From positions 8,248,001-8,312,000 of the forward strand of contig OZ249436.1 of assembly GCA_965235115.1 (NCBI GenBank): 64,000 nt of DNA, read 5' to 3'. Positions 36,901 through 51,900 of the stretch are shown here, one piece after another. How positions within the stretch are numbered: position 1 is the stretch's first letter; each line of letters starts with the position of its first letter. Under the pieces are notes generated by a model. That model was not told where the DNA came from. It was given only the letters and a program-made list of their open reading frames with translations, and searched no databases. The translations under genes were made by a program, and so were the position numbers. This stretch comes from Laetmonice hystrix (taxonomy: Eukaryota).

Positions 36901-39900
36901 GCTGCACCCTGGTGTTTCTTGCCTGCAAGATCCCTGTACTCTTTCTTTGTTTGTTTCTTACTTGGGGATGGGATATCTGATATAGAAAAGGCGCACAACG
37001 TCATTTGCCATTGTTAACTAAGCCTTTACGGCAAACAGTCATTGGGACGACCTGACAACGTTGTCTCACGCTTACAGATGGTCTGTAGGGGACACAGATT
37101 AGATGGGAGTAGATGCTAGACGAAACGCATGGCCTGCCTCCTGGACAATAAAGGCATGGAAACATGAAACATGAGGCGTCCCTATATTACTGGCTACTGT
37201 TGTATTCAAGCAAACGGTACAGGGAGGACAAACAGTACAGTGAGGAATCGCTACAAGGTACTGGCTGGCCTAGCACCCAAGCGAACACTACAGTGAGGCC
37301 AAAGAGTACAGTTAGGCCAAACAGCCAAGCAGTGTGGGCGGCCAACCGGTAGAGTGACAAGTCCCTCCATCTTACCGACTGGCCTAGTAGCCATGCAAAC
37401 ACTACAGTGAGGTAGTGGAAATGAAAGGTACAGGCGAGGACCATCTAATGTTAAAATCTGGAGAAGATACTCCAATGGGAAGTATACACATCACAACCAT
37501 CTGTAGCGAACGTACGAGACCTATACGTTTGACAGTTATACATCTGGCCTAAGAATCATAACTTTAGGGGGCGTAGTTACAATTTGACGTATCAGAAATG
37601 TAGCCATTTTTCGCTTCTCATTGCTTTAACCTAAGAGCCACAGGTGCCCGCCAGCCCGGCCAGGTATACGTGGTGATTCCATCGGTAGCCGGAAGATGGC
37701 AGTGCAGTCGCCGCTTTCGCCGCCGCTTCAGCAGAGCTGCGCTGCACCCTGGTGTTTCTTGCCTGCAAGATCTCTGTACTCTTTCTTTGTTTGTTTCTTA
37801 CTTGAGGATGGGATATCTGATATAGAAAAGGCGTACAACGTCATTTGCCATTGTTAACTAAGCCTTTACGGCAAACAGTCATTGGCACGAACTGACAACG
37901 TTGTCGCACGCTTACAGATGGTCTGTAGGGGACACAGATTAGATGGGAGTAGATGCTAGACGAAACGTATGGCCTGCCTCCTGGACAATAAAGGCATGGA
38001 AACATGAAACATGAGGCGTCCCTATATTACTGGCTACTGTTGTATTCAAGCAAACGGTACAGGGAGGACAAACAGTACAGTGAGGAATCGCTACAAGGTA
38101 CTGGCTGGCCTAGCACCCAAGCGAACACTACAGTGAGGCCAAAGAGTACAGTTAGGCCAAACAGCCAAGCAGTGTGGGCGGCCAACCAGTAGAGTGACAA
38201 GTCCCTACATCTTACCGACTGGCCTAGTAGCCATGCAAACACTACAGCGAGGTAGAAGAAATGAAAGCTACAGGCGAGGACCATCTAATGTTAAAATCTG
38301 GAGAAGATACTCCAATGGGAAGTATACACATCACAACCATATATCTGTAGCGAACGTACGAGACCTATACGTTTGACAGTTATACATCTGGCCTAAGAAT
38401 CATAACTTTAGGGGGCGTAGTTACAATTTGACGTATCAGAAATGTAGCCATTTTTTCGCTTCTCATTGCTTTAACCTAACAGCCACAGGTGCCCGCCAGC
38501 CCGGCCAGGTATACGTGGTGATTCCACCGGTAGCCGGAAGATGGCAGTGCAGTCGCCGCTTTCGCCGCCGCTTCAGTAGAGCTGCGCTGCACCCTGGTGT
38601 TTCTTGCCTGCAATATCCCTGTACTCTTTCTTTGTTTGTTTCTTACTTGGGGATGGGATATCTGATATAGAAAAGGCGCACAACGTCATTTGCCATTGTT
38701 AACTAAGCCTTTACGGCAAACAGTCATTGGGACGACCTGACAACGTTGTCTCACGCTTACAGATGGTCTGTAGGGGACACAGATTAGATGGGAGTAGATG
38801 CTAGACGAAACGTATGGCCTGCCTCCTGGACAATAAAGGCATGGAAACATGAAACATGAGGCGTCCCTATATTACTGGCTACTGTTGTATTCAAGCAAAC
38901 GGTACAGGGAGGACAAACAGTATGTGAGGAATCGCTACAAGGTACTGGCTGGCCTAGCACCCAAGCGAACACTACAGTGAGGCCACTACAGTCAGGCCAA
39001 ACAGTACACTGTGAGGCCAAGCAGTGTGGGCGGCCAACCAGTAGAGTGACAAATCCCTACATCTTACCGACTGGCCTAGGAGCCATGCAAACACTACAGT
39101 GAGGTAGTGGAAATAAAAGGTACAGGCGAGGACCATCTAATGTTAAAATCTGGAGAAGATACTCCAATGGGAAGTATACACATCACAACCATATATCTGT
39201 AGCGAACGTACGAGACCTATACGTTTGACAGTTATACATCTGGCCTAAGAATCATAACTTTAGGGTGCGTAGTTACAATTTGACGTATCAGAAATGTAGC
39301 AATTTTTTCGCTTCTCATTGCTTTAACCTAACAGCCACAGGTGCCCGCCAGCCCGGCCAGGTATACGTGGTGATTCCACCGGTAGCCGGAAGATGGCAGT
39401 GCAGTCGCCGCTTTCGCCGCCGCTTCAGTAGAGCTGCGCTGCACCCTGGTGTTTCTTGCCTGCAATATCCCTGTACTCTTTCTTTGTTTGTTTCTTACTT
39501 GGGGATGGGATATCTGATATAGAAAAGGCGTACAACGTCATTTGCCATTGTTAACTAAGCCTTTACGGCAAACAGTCATTGGGACGACCTGACGACGTTG
39601 TCGCACGCTTACAGATGGTCTGTAGGGGACACAGATTAGATGGGAGTAGATGCTAGACGAAACGTATGGCCTGCCTCCTGGACAATAAAGGCATGGAAAC
39701 ATGAAACATGAGGCGTCCCTATATTACTGGCTACTGTTGTATTCAAGCAAACGGTACAGGGAGGACAAACAGTACAGTGAGGAATCGCTACAAGGTACTG
39801 GCTGGCCTAGCACCCAAGCGAACACTACAGTGAGGCCAAAGAGTACAGTTAGGCCAAACAGCCAAGCAGTGTGGGCGGCCAACCAGTAGAGTGACAAGTC

Positions 39901-42900
39901 CCTACATCTTACCGACTTGCCCAGTAGCCATGCAAACACTACAGTGAGGTAGTGGAAATGAAAGGTACAGGCGAGGACCATCTAATGTTAAAATCTGGAG
40001 AAGATACTCCAATGGGAAGTATACACATCACAACCATATATCTGTAGCGAACGTACGAGACCTATACGTTTGACAGTTATACATCTGGCCTAAGAATCAT
40101 AACTTTAGGGGGCGTAGTTACAATTTGACGTATCAGAAATGTAGCCATTTTTTTCGCTTCTCATTGCTTTAACCTAAGAGCCACAGGTGCCCGCCAGCCC
40201 GGCCAGGTATACGTGGTGATTCCACCGGTAGCCGGAAGATGGCAGTGCAGTCGCCGCTTTCGCCGCCGCTTCAGTAGAGCTGCGCTGCACCCTGGTGTTT
40301 CTTGCCTGCAAGATCCCTGTACTCTTTCTTTGTTTGTTTCTTACTTGGGGATGGGATATCTGATATAGAAAAGGCGCACAACGTCATTTGCCATTGTTAA
40401 CTAAGCCTTTACGGCAAACAGTCATTGGGACGACCTGACAACGTTGTCTCACGCTTACAGATGGTCTGTAGGGGACACAGATTAGATGGGAGTAGATGCT
40501 AGACGAAACGTATGGCCTGCCTCCTGGACAATAAAGGCATGGAAACATGAAACATGAGGCGTCCCTATATTACTGGCTACTGTTGTATTCAAGCAAACGG
40601 TACAGGGAGGACAAACAGTATGTGAGGAATCGCTACAAGGTACTGGCTGGCCTAGCACCCAAGCGAACACTACAGTGAGGCCACTACAGTCAGGCCAAAC
40701 AGTACACTGTGAGGCCAAGCAGTGTGGGCGGCCAACCAGTAGAGTGACAAATCCCTACATCTTACCGACTGGCCTAGGAGCCATGCAAACACTACAGTGA
40801 GGTAGTGGAAATGAAAGGTACAGGCGAGGACCATCTAATGTTAAAATCTGGAGAAGATACTCCAATGGGAAGTATACACATCACAACCATCTGTAGCGAA
40901 CGTACGAGACCTATACGTTTGACAGTTATACATCTGGCCTAAGAATCATAACTTTAGGGGGCGTAGTTACAATTTGACGTATCAGAAATGTAGCCATTTT
41001 TCGCTTCTCATTGCTTTAACCTAAGAGCCACAGGTGCCCGCCAGCCCGGCCAGGTATACGTGGTGATTCCATCGGTAGCCGGAAGATGGCAGTGCAGTCG
41101 CCGCTTTCGCCGCCGCTTCAGCAGAGCTGCGCTGCACCCTGGTGTTTCTTGCCTGCAAGATCTCTGTACTCTTTCTTTGTTTGTTTCTTACTTGAGGATG
41201 GGATATCTGATATAGAAAAGGCGTACAACGTCATTTGCCATTGTTAACTAAGCCTTTACGGCAAACAGTCATTGGCACGAACTGACAACGTTGTCGCACG
41301 CTTACAGATGGTCTGTAGGGGACACAGATTAGATGGGAGTAGATGCTAGACGAAACGTATGGCCTGCCTCCTGGACAATAAAGGCATGGAAACATGAAAC
41401 ATGAGGCGTCCCTATATTACTGGCTACTGTTGTATTCAAGCAAACGGTACAGGGAGGACAAACAGTACAGTGAGGAATCGCTACAAGGTACTGGCTGGCC
41501 TAGCACCCAAGCGAACACTACAGTGAGGCCAAAGAGTACAGTTAGGCCAAACAGCCAAGCAGTGTGGGCGGCCAACCAGTAGAGTGACAAGTCCCTACAT
41601 CTTACCGACTTGCCCAGTAGCCATGCAAACACTACAGTGAGGTAGTGGAAATGAAAGGTACAGACGAGGACCATCTAATGTTAAAATCTGGAGAAGATAC
41701 TCCAATGGGAAGTATACACATCACAACCATATATCTGTAGCGAACGTACGAGACCTATACGTTTGACAGTTATACATCTGGCCTAAGAATCATAACTTTA
41801 GGGGGCGTAGTTACAATTTGACGTATCAGAAATGTAGCCATTTTTTTCGCTTCTCATTGCTTTAACCTAAGAGCCACAGGTGCCCGCCAGCCCGGCCAGG
41901 TATACGTGGTGATTCCACCGGTAGCCGGAAGATGGCAGTGCAGTCGCCGCTTTCGCCGCCGCTTCAGTAGAGCTGCGCTGCACCCTGGTGTTTCTTGCCT
42001 GCAAGATCCCTGTACTCTTTCTTTGTTTGTTTCTTACTTGGGGATGGGATATCTGATATAGAAAAGGCGCACAACGTCATTTGCCATTGTTAACTAAGCC
42101 TTTACGGCAAACAGTCATTGGGACGACCTGACAACGTTGTCTCACGCTTACAGATGGTCTGTAGGGGACACAGATTAGATGGGAGTAGATGCTAGACGAA
42201 ACGTATGGCCTGCCTCCTGGACAATAAAGGCATGGAAACATGAAACATGAGGCGTCCCTATATTACTGGCTACTGTTGTATTCAAGCAAACGGTACAGGG
42301 AGGACAAACAGTATGTGAGGAATCGCTACAAGGTACTGGCTGGCCTAGCACCCAAGCGAACACTACAGTGAGGCCACTACAGTCAGGCCAAACAGTACAC
42401 TGTGAGGCCAAGCAGTGTGGGCGGCCAACCAGTAGAGTGACAAATCCCTACATCTTACCGACTGGCCTAGGAGCCATGCAAACACTACAGTGAGGTAGTG
42501 GAAATGAAAGGTACAGGCGAGGACCATCTAATGTTAAAATCTGGAGAAGATACTCCAATGGGAAGTATACACATCACAACCATCTGTAGCGAACGTACGA
42601 GACCTATACGTTTGACAGTTATACATCTGGCCTAAGAATCATAACTTTAGGGGGCGTAGTTACAATTTGACGTATCAGAAATGTAGCCATTTTTCGCTTC
42701 TCATTGCTTTAACCTAAGAGCCACAGGTGCCCGCCAGCCCGGCCAGGTATACGTGGTGATTCCATCGGTAGCCGGAAGATGGCAGTGCAGTCGCCGCTTT
42801 CGCCGCCGCTTCAGCAGAGCTGCGCTGCACCCTGGTGTTTCTTGCCTGCAAGATCTCTGTACTCTTTCTTTGTTTGTTTCTTACTTGAGGATGGGATATC

Positions 42901-45900
42901 TGATATAGAAAAGGCGTACAACGTCATTTGCCATTGTTAACTAAGCCTTTACGGCAAACAGTCATTGGCACGAACTGACAACGTTGTCGCACGCTTACAG
43001 ATGGTCTGTAGGGGACACAGATTAGATGGGAGTAGATGCTAGACGAAACGTATGGCCTGCCTCCTGGACAATAAAGGCATGGAAACATGAAACATGAGGC
43101 GTCCCTATATTACTGGCTACTGTTGTATTCAAGCAAACGGTACAGGGAGGACAAACAGTACAGTGAGGAATCGCTACAAGGTACTGGCTGGCCTAGCACC
43201 CAAGCGAACACTACAGTGAGGCCAAAGAGTACAGTTAGGCCAAACAGCCAAGCAGTGTGGGCGGCCAACCAGTAGAGTGACAAGTCCCTACATCTTACCG
43301 ACTGGCCTAGTAGCCATGCAAACACTACAGCGAGGTAGAAGAAATGAAAGCTACAGGCGAGGACCATCTAATGTTAAAATCTGGAGAAGATACTCCAATG
43401 GGAAGTATACACATCACAACCATCTGTAGCGAACGTACGAGACCTATACGTTTGACAGTTATACATCTGGCCTAAGAATCATAACTTTAGGGGGCGTAGT
43501 TACAATTTGACGTATCAGAAATGTAGCCATTTTTTCGCTTCTCATTGCTTTAACCTAAGAGCCACAGGTGCCCGCCAGCCCGGCCAGGTATACGTGGTAA
43601 TTCCACCGGTAGCCGGAAGATGGCAGTGCAGTCGCCGCTTTCGCCGCCGCTTCAGTAGAGCTGCGCTGCACCCTGGTGTTTCTTGCCTGCAAGAACCCTG
43701 TACTCTTTCTTTGTTTGTTTCTTACTTGGGGATGGGATATCTGATATAGAAAAGGCGTACAACGTCATTTGCCATTGTTAACTAAGCCTTTACGGCAAAC
43801 AGTCATTGGGACGACCTGACAACGTTGTCTCACGCTTACAGATGGTCTGTAGGGGACACAGATTAGATGGGAGTAGATGCTAAACGAAACGTATGGCCTG
43901 CCTCCTGGACAATAAAGGCATGGAAACATGAAACATGAGGCGTCCCTATATTACTGGCTACTGTTGTATTCAAGCAAACGGTACAGGGAGGACAAACAGT
44001 AAAGTGAGGAATCGCTACAAGGTACTGGCTGGCCTAGCACCCAAGCGAACACTACAGTGAGGCCAAAGAGTACAGTCAGGCCAAACAGCCAAGCAGTGTG
44101 GGCGGCCAACCAGTATAGTAACAAGTCCCTACATCTTACCGACTGGCCTAGTAGCCATGCAAACACTACAGTGAGGTAGTGGAAATGAAAGGTACAGGCG
44201 AGGACCATCTAATGTTAAAATCTGGAGAAGATACTCCAATGGGAAGTATACACATCACAACCATATATCTGTAGCGAACGTACGAGACCTATACGTTTGA
44301 CAGTTATACATCTGGCCTAAGAATCATAACTTTAGGGGGCGTAGTTACAATTTGACGTATCAGAAATGTAGCCATTTTTTTCGCTTCTCATTGCTTTAAC
44401 CTAAGAGCCACAGGTGCCCGCCAGCCCGGCCAGGTATACGTGGTGATTCCACCGGTAGCCGGAAGATGGCAGTAGCCGGAAGATGGCAGTGCAGTCGCCG
44501 CTTTCGCCGCCGCTTCAGTAGAGCTGCGCTGCACCCTGGTGTTTCTTGCCTGCAAGATCTCTGTACTCTTTCTTTGTTTGTTTCTTACTTGGGGATGGGA
44601 TATCTGATATAGAAAAGGCGTACAACGTCATTTGCCATTGTTAACTAAGCCTTTACGGCAAACAATCATTGGGACGACCTGACAACGTTGTCTCACGCTT
44701 ACAGATGGTCTGTAGGGGACACAGATTAGATGGGAGTAGATGATAGACGAAACGTATGGCCTGCCTCCTGGACAATAAAGGCATGGAAACATGAAACATG
44801 AGGCGTCCCTATATTACTGGCTACTGTTGTATTCAAGCAAACGGTACAGGGAGGACAAACAGTACAGTGAGGAATCGCTACAAGGTACTGGCTGGCCTAG
44901 CACCCAAGCGAACACTACAGTGAGGCCAAAGAGTACAGTTAGGCCAAACAGCCAAGCAGTGTGGGCGGCCAACCAGTAGAGTGACAAGTCCCTACATCTT
45001 ACCGACTGGCCTAGTAGCCATGCAAACACTACAGCGAGGTAGAAGAAATGAAAGCTACAGGCGAGGACCATCTAATGTTAAAATCTGGAGAAGATACTCC
45101 AATGGGAAGTATACACATCACAACCATCTGTAACGAACGTACGAGACCTATACGTTTGACAGTTATACATCTGGCCTAAGAATCATAACTTTAGGGGGCG
45201 TAGTTACAATTTGACGTATCAGAAATGTAGCCATTTTTTCGCTTCTCATTGCTTTAACCTAAGAGCCACAGGTGCCCGCCAGCCCGGCCAGGTATACGTG
45301 GTAATTCCACCGGTAGCCGGAAGATGGCAGTGCAGTCGCCGCTTTCGCCGCCGCTTCAGTAGAGCTGCGCTGCACCCTGGTGTTTCTTGCCTGCAAGATC
45401 CCTGTACTCTTTCTTTGTTTGTTTCTTACTTGGGGATGGGATATCTGATATAGAAAAGGCGTACAACGTCATTTGCCATTGTTAACTAAGCCTTTACGGC
45501 AAACAGTCATTGGGACGACCTGACAACGTTGTCTCACGCTTACAGATGGTCTGTAGGGGACACAGATTAGATGGGAGTAGATGCTAAACGAAACGTATGG
45601 CCTGCCTCCTGGACAATAAAGGCATGGAAACATGAAACATGAGGCGTCCCTATATTACTGGCTACTGTTGTATTCAAGCAAACGGTACAGGGAGGACAAA
45701 CAGTAAAGTGAGGAATCGCTACAAGGTACTGGCTGGCCTAGCACCCAAGCGAACACTACAGTGAGGCCAAAGAGTACAGTCAGGCCAAACAGCCAAGCAG
45801 TGTGGGCGGCCAACCAGTATAGTAACAAGTCCCTACATCTTACCGACTGGCCTAGTAGCCATGCAAACACTACAGTGAGGTAGTGGAAATGAAAGGTACA

Positions 45901-48900
45901 GGCGAGGACCATCTAATGTTAAAATCTGGAGAAGATACTCCAATGGGAAGTATACACATCACAACCATATATCTGTAGCGAACGTACGAGACCTATACGT
46001 TTGACAGTTATACATCTGGCCTAAGAATCATAACTTTAGGGGGCGTAGTTACAATTTGACGTATCAGAAATGTAGCCATTTTTTTCGCTTCTCATTGCTT
46101 TAACCTAAGAGCCACAGGTGCCCGCCAGCCCGGCCAGGTATACGTGGTGATTCCATCGGTAGCCGGAAGATGGCAGTGCAGTCGCCGCTTTCGCCGCCGC
46201 TTCAGCAGAGCTGCGCTGCACCCTGGTGTTTCTTGCCTGCAAGATCTCTGTACTCTTTCTTTGTTTGTTTCTTACTTGAGGATGGGATATCTGATATAGA
46301 AAAGGCGTACAACGTCATTTGCCATTGTTAACTAAGCCTTTACGGCAAACAGTCATTGGCACGAACTGACAACGTTGTCGCACGCTTACAGATGGTCTGT
46401 AGGGGACACAGATTAGATGGGAGTAGATGATAGACGAAACGTATGGCCTGCCTCCTGGACAATAAAGGCATGGAAACATGAAACATGAGGCGTCCCTATA
46501 TTACTGGCTACTGTTGTATTCAAGCAAACGGTACAGGGAGGACAAACAGTACAGTGAGGAATCGCTACAAGGTACTGGCTGGCCTAGCACCCAAGCGAAC
46601 ACTACAGTGAGGGCACTACAGTCAGGCCAAACAGTACACTGTGAGGCCAAGCAGTGTGGGCGGCCAACCAGTAGAGTGACAAATCCCTGCATCTTACCGA
46701 CTGGCCTAGTAGCCATGCAAACACTACAGTGAGGTAGTGGAAATGAAAGGTACTGGCGAGGACCATCTAATGTTAAAATCTGGAGAAGATACTCAAATGG
46801 GAAGTATACACATCAGAACCATATATATCTGTAGCGAACGTACGGGACCTATACGTTTGACAGTTATACATCTGGCCTAAGAATCATAACTTTAGGGGGC
46901 GTAGTTACAATTTGACGTATCAGAAATGTAGCCATTTTTTCGCTACTCATTGCTCTAACCTAAGAGCCACAGGTGCCCGCCAGCCCGGCCAGGTATACGT
47001 GGTGATTCCACCGGTAGCCGGAAGATGGCAGTGCAGTCGCCGCTTTCGCCGCCGCTTCAGTAGAGCTGCGCTGCACCCTGGTGTTTCTTGCCTGCAAGAT
47101 CCCTGTACTCTTTCTTTGTTTGTTTCTTACTTGGGGATGGGATATCTGATATAGAAAAGCCGTACAACGTCATTTGCCATTGTTAATTAAGCCTTTAGAG
47201 CAAACACACATTGGGACGACCTGACGACGTTGTCGCACGCTTACAGATGGTCTGTAGGGGACACAGATTAGATGGGAGTAGATGCTAGACGAAACGTATG
47301 GCCTGCCTCCTGGACAATAAAGGCATGGAAACATGAAACATAAGGCGTCCCTATATTACTGGCTACTGTTGTAATCAAGCAAACGGTACAGGGAGGACAA
47401 ACAGTACAGTAAGGAATCGCTACAAGGTACTGGCTGGCCTAGCACCCAAGCGAACACTACAGTGAGGCCAAAGAGTACAGTCAGGCCAAACAGCCAAGCA
47501 GTGTGGGCGGCCAACCAGTAGAGTGACAAGTCCCTACATCTTACCGACTGGTCTAGTAGCCATGCAAACACTACAGTGAGGTAGTGGAAATGAAAGGTAC
47601 AGGCGAGGACCATCTAATGTTACAATCTGGAGAAGATACTCCAATGGGAAGTATACACATCACAACCATATATCTGTAGCGAACGTACGAGACCTATACG
47701 TTTGACAGTTATACATCTGGCCTAAGAATCATAACTTTAGGGGGCGTAGTTACAATTTGACGTATCAGAAATGTAGCCATTTTTCGCTTCTCATTGCTTT
47801 AACCTAAGAGCCACAGGTGCCCGCCAGCCCGGCCAGGTATACGTGGTGATTCCATCGGTAGCCGGAAGATGGCAGTGCAGTCGCCGCTTTCGCCGCCGCT
47901 TCAGCAGAGCTGCGCTGCACCCTGGTGTTTCTTGCCTGCAAGATCTCTGTACTCTTTCTTTGTTTGTTTCTTACTTGAGGATGGGATATCTGATATAGAA
48001 AAGGCGTACAACGTCATTTGCCATTGTTAACTAAGCCTTTACGGCAAACAGTCATTGGCACGAACTGACAACGTTGTCGCACGCTTACAGATGGTCTGTA
48101 GGGGACACAGATTAGATGGGAGTAGATGATAGACGAAACGTATGGCCTGCCTCCTGGACAATAAAGGCATGGAAACATGAAACATGAGGCGTCCCTATAT
48201 TACTGGCTACTGTTGTATTCAAGCAAACGGTACAGGGAGGACAAACAGTACAGTGAGGAATCGCTACAAGGTACTGGCTGGCCTAGCACCCAAGCGAACA
48301 CTACAGTGAGGGCACTACAGTCAGGCCAAACAGTACACTGTGAGGCCAAGCAGTGTGGGCGGCCAACCAGTAGAGTGACAAATCCCTGCATCTTACCGAC
48401 TGGCCTAGTAGCCATGCAAACACTACAGTGAGGTAGTGGAAATGAAAGGTACAGGCGAGGACCATCTAATGTTAAAATCTGGAGAAGATACTCCAATGGG
48501 AAGTATACACATCACAACCATATATCTGTAGCGAACGTACGAGACCTTAACGTTTGACAGTTATACATCTGGCCTAAGAATCATAACTTTAGGGGGCGTA
48601 GTTACAATTTGACGTATCAGAAATGTAGCCATTTTTCGCTTCTCATTGCTTTAACCTAAGAGCCACAGGTGCCCGCCAGCCCGGCCAGGTATACGTGGTG
48701 ATTCCATCGGTAGCCGGAAGATGGCAGTGCAGTCGCCGCTTTCGCCGCCGCTTCAGTAGAGCTGCGCTGCACCCTGGTGTTTCTTGCCTGCAAGATCCCT
48801 GTACTCTTTCTTTGTTTGTTTCTTACTTGGGGATGTGATATCTGATATAGAAAAGGCGTACAACGTCATTTGCCATTGTTAACTAAGCCTTTACGGCAAA

Positions 48901-51900
48901 CCGTCATTGGGACGACCTGACGACGTTGTCGCACGCTTACAGATGGTCTGTAGGGGACACAGATTAGATGGGAGTAGATGCTAGACGAAACGTATGGCCT
49001 GCCTCCTGGACCATAAGGGCATGGAAACATGAAACATGAGGCGTCCCGATATTACTGGCTACTGTTGTATTCAAGCAAACGGTACAGGGAGGACAAACAG
49101 TACAGTGAGGAATCGCTACAAGGTACTGGCTGGCCTAGCACCCAAGCGAACACTACAGTGAGGGCACTACAGTCAGGCCAAACAGTACACTGTGAGGCCA
49201 AGCAGTGTGGGCGGCCAACTAGTAGAGTGACAAATCCCTGCATCTTACCGACTGCCCTAGTAGCCATGCAAAGATTACAGTGAGGTAGTGGAAATGAAAG
49301 GTACAGGCGAGGACCATCTAATGTTAAAATCTGGAGAAGATACTTCAATGGGAAGTATACACATCACAAGCATATATCTGTAGCGAACGTACGAGACCTA
49401 TACGTTTGACAGTTATACATCTGGCCTTAGAATAATAACTTTAGGGGGCGTAGTTACAATTTGACGTATCAGAAATGTAGCCATTTTTCGCTTCTCATTG
49501 CTTTAACCTAAGAGCCACAGGTGCCCGCCAGCCCGGCCAGGTATACGTGGTGATTCCATCGGTAGCCGGAAGATGGCAGTGCAGTCGCCGCTTTCGCCGC
49601 CGCTTCAGCAGAGCTGCGCTGCACCCTGGTGTTTCTTGCCTGCAAGATCTCTGTACTCTTTCTTTGTTTGTTTCTTACTTGAGGATGGGATATCTGATAT
49701 AGAAAAGGCGTACAACGTCATTTGCCATTGTTAACTAAGCCTTTACGGCAAACAGTCATTGGCACGAACTGACAACGTTGTCGCACGCTTACAGATGGTC
49801 TGTAGGGGACACAGATTAGATAGGAGTAGATGCTAGACGAAACGTATGGCCTGCCTCCTGGACAATAAAGGCATGAAAACATGAAACATGAGGCGTCCCT
49901 ATATTACTGGCTACTGTTGTATTCAAGCAAACGGTACAGGGAGGACAAACAGTACAGTGAGGAATCGCTACAAGGTACTGGCTGGCCTAGCACCCAAGCG
50001 AACACTACAGTGAGGCCAAAGAGTACAGTCAGGCCAAACAGCCAAGCAGTGTGGGCGGCCAACCAGTAGAGTGACAAGTCCCTACATCTTACCGACTGGT
50101 CTAGTAGCTATGCAAACACTACAGTGAGGTAGTGGAAATGAAAGGTACAGGCGAGGACCATCTAATGTTAAAATCTGGAGAAGATACTCTATCAATGGGA
50201 AGTATACACATCACAACCATATATCTGTAGCGAACGTACGAGACCTATACGTTTGACAGTTATACATCTGGCCTAAGAATCATAACTTTAGGGGGCGTAG
50301 TTACAATTTGACGTATCAGAAATGTAGCCATTTTTCGCTTCTCATTGCTTTAACCTAAGAGCCACAGGTGCCCGCCAGCCCGGCCAGGTATACGTGGTGA
50401 TTCCATCGGTAGCCGGAAGATGGCAGTGCAGTGGCCGCTTTCGCCGCCGCTTCAGTAGAGCTGCGCTGCACCCTGGTGTTTCTTGCCTGCAAGATCTCTG
50501 TACTCTTTCTTTGTTTGTTTCTTACTTGAGGATGGGATATCTGATATAGAAAAGGCGTACAACGTCATTTGCCATTGTTAACTAAGCCTTTACGGCAAAC
50601 AGTCATTGGCACGAACTGACAACGTTGTCGGACGCTTACAGATGGTCTGTAGGGGACACAGATTAGATGGGAGTAGATGCTAGACGAAACGTATGGCCTG
50701 CCTCCTGGACAATAAAGGCATGGAAACATGAAACATGAGGCGTCCCTATATTACTGGCTACTGTTGTATTCAAGCAAACGGTACAGGAAGGACAAACAGT
50801 ACAGTGAGGAATCGCTACAAGGTACTGGCTGGCCTAGCACCCAAGCGAACACTACAGTGAGGCCAAAGAGTACAGTCAGGCCAAACAGCCAAGCAGTAGC
50901 CAGTAATATAGGTTAAAATCTGGAGAAGATACTCAAATGGGAAGTATACACATCAGAACCATATATATCTGTAGCGAACGTACGGGACCTATACGTTTGA
51001 CAGTTATACATCTGGCCTAAGAATCATAACTTTAGGGGGCGTAGTTACAATTTGACGTATCAGAAATGTAGCCATTTTTTCGCTACTCATTGCTCTAACC
51101 TAAGAGCCACAGGTGCCCGCCAGCCCGGCCAGGTATACGTGGTGATTCCACCGGTAGCCGGAAGATGGCAGTGCAGTCGCCGCTTTCGCCGCCGCTTCAG
51201 TAGAGCTGCGCTGCACCCTGGTGTTTCTTGCCTGCAAGATCCCTGTACTCTTTCTTTGTTTGTTTCTTACTTGGGGATGGGATATCTGATATAGAAAAGC
51301 CGTACAACGTCATTTGCCATTGTTAATTAAGCCTTTAGAGCAAACACACATTGGGACGACCTGACGACGTTGTCGCACGCTTACAGATGGTCTGTAGGGG
51401 ACACAGATTAGATGGGAGTAGATGCTAGACGAAACGTATGGCCTGCCTCCTGGACAATAAAGGCATGGAAACATGAAACATAAGGCGTCCCTATATTACT
51501 GGCTACTGTTGTAATCAAGCAAACGGTACAGGGAGGACAAACAGTACAGTAAGGAATCGCTACAAGGTACTGGCTGGCCTAGCACCCAAGCGAACACTAC
51601 AGTGAGGCCAAAGAGTACAGTCAGGCCAAACAGCCAAGCAGTGTGGGCGGCCAACCAGTAGAGTGACAAGTCCCTACATCTTACCGACTGGTCTAGTAGC
51701 CATGCAAACACTACAGTGAGGTAGTGGAAATGAAAGGTACAGGCGAGGACCATCTAATGTTACAATCTGGAGAAGATACTCCAATGGGAAGTATACACAT
51801 CACAACCATATATCTGTAGCGAACGTACGAGACCTATACGTTTGACAGTTTTACATCTGGCCTAAGAATCATAACTTTAGGGGACGTAGTTACAATTTGA

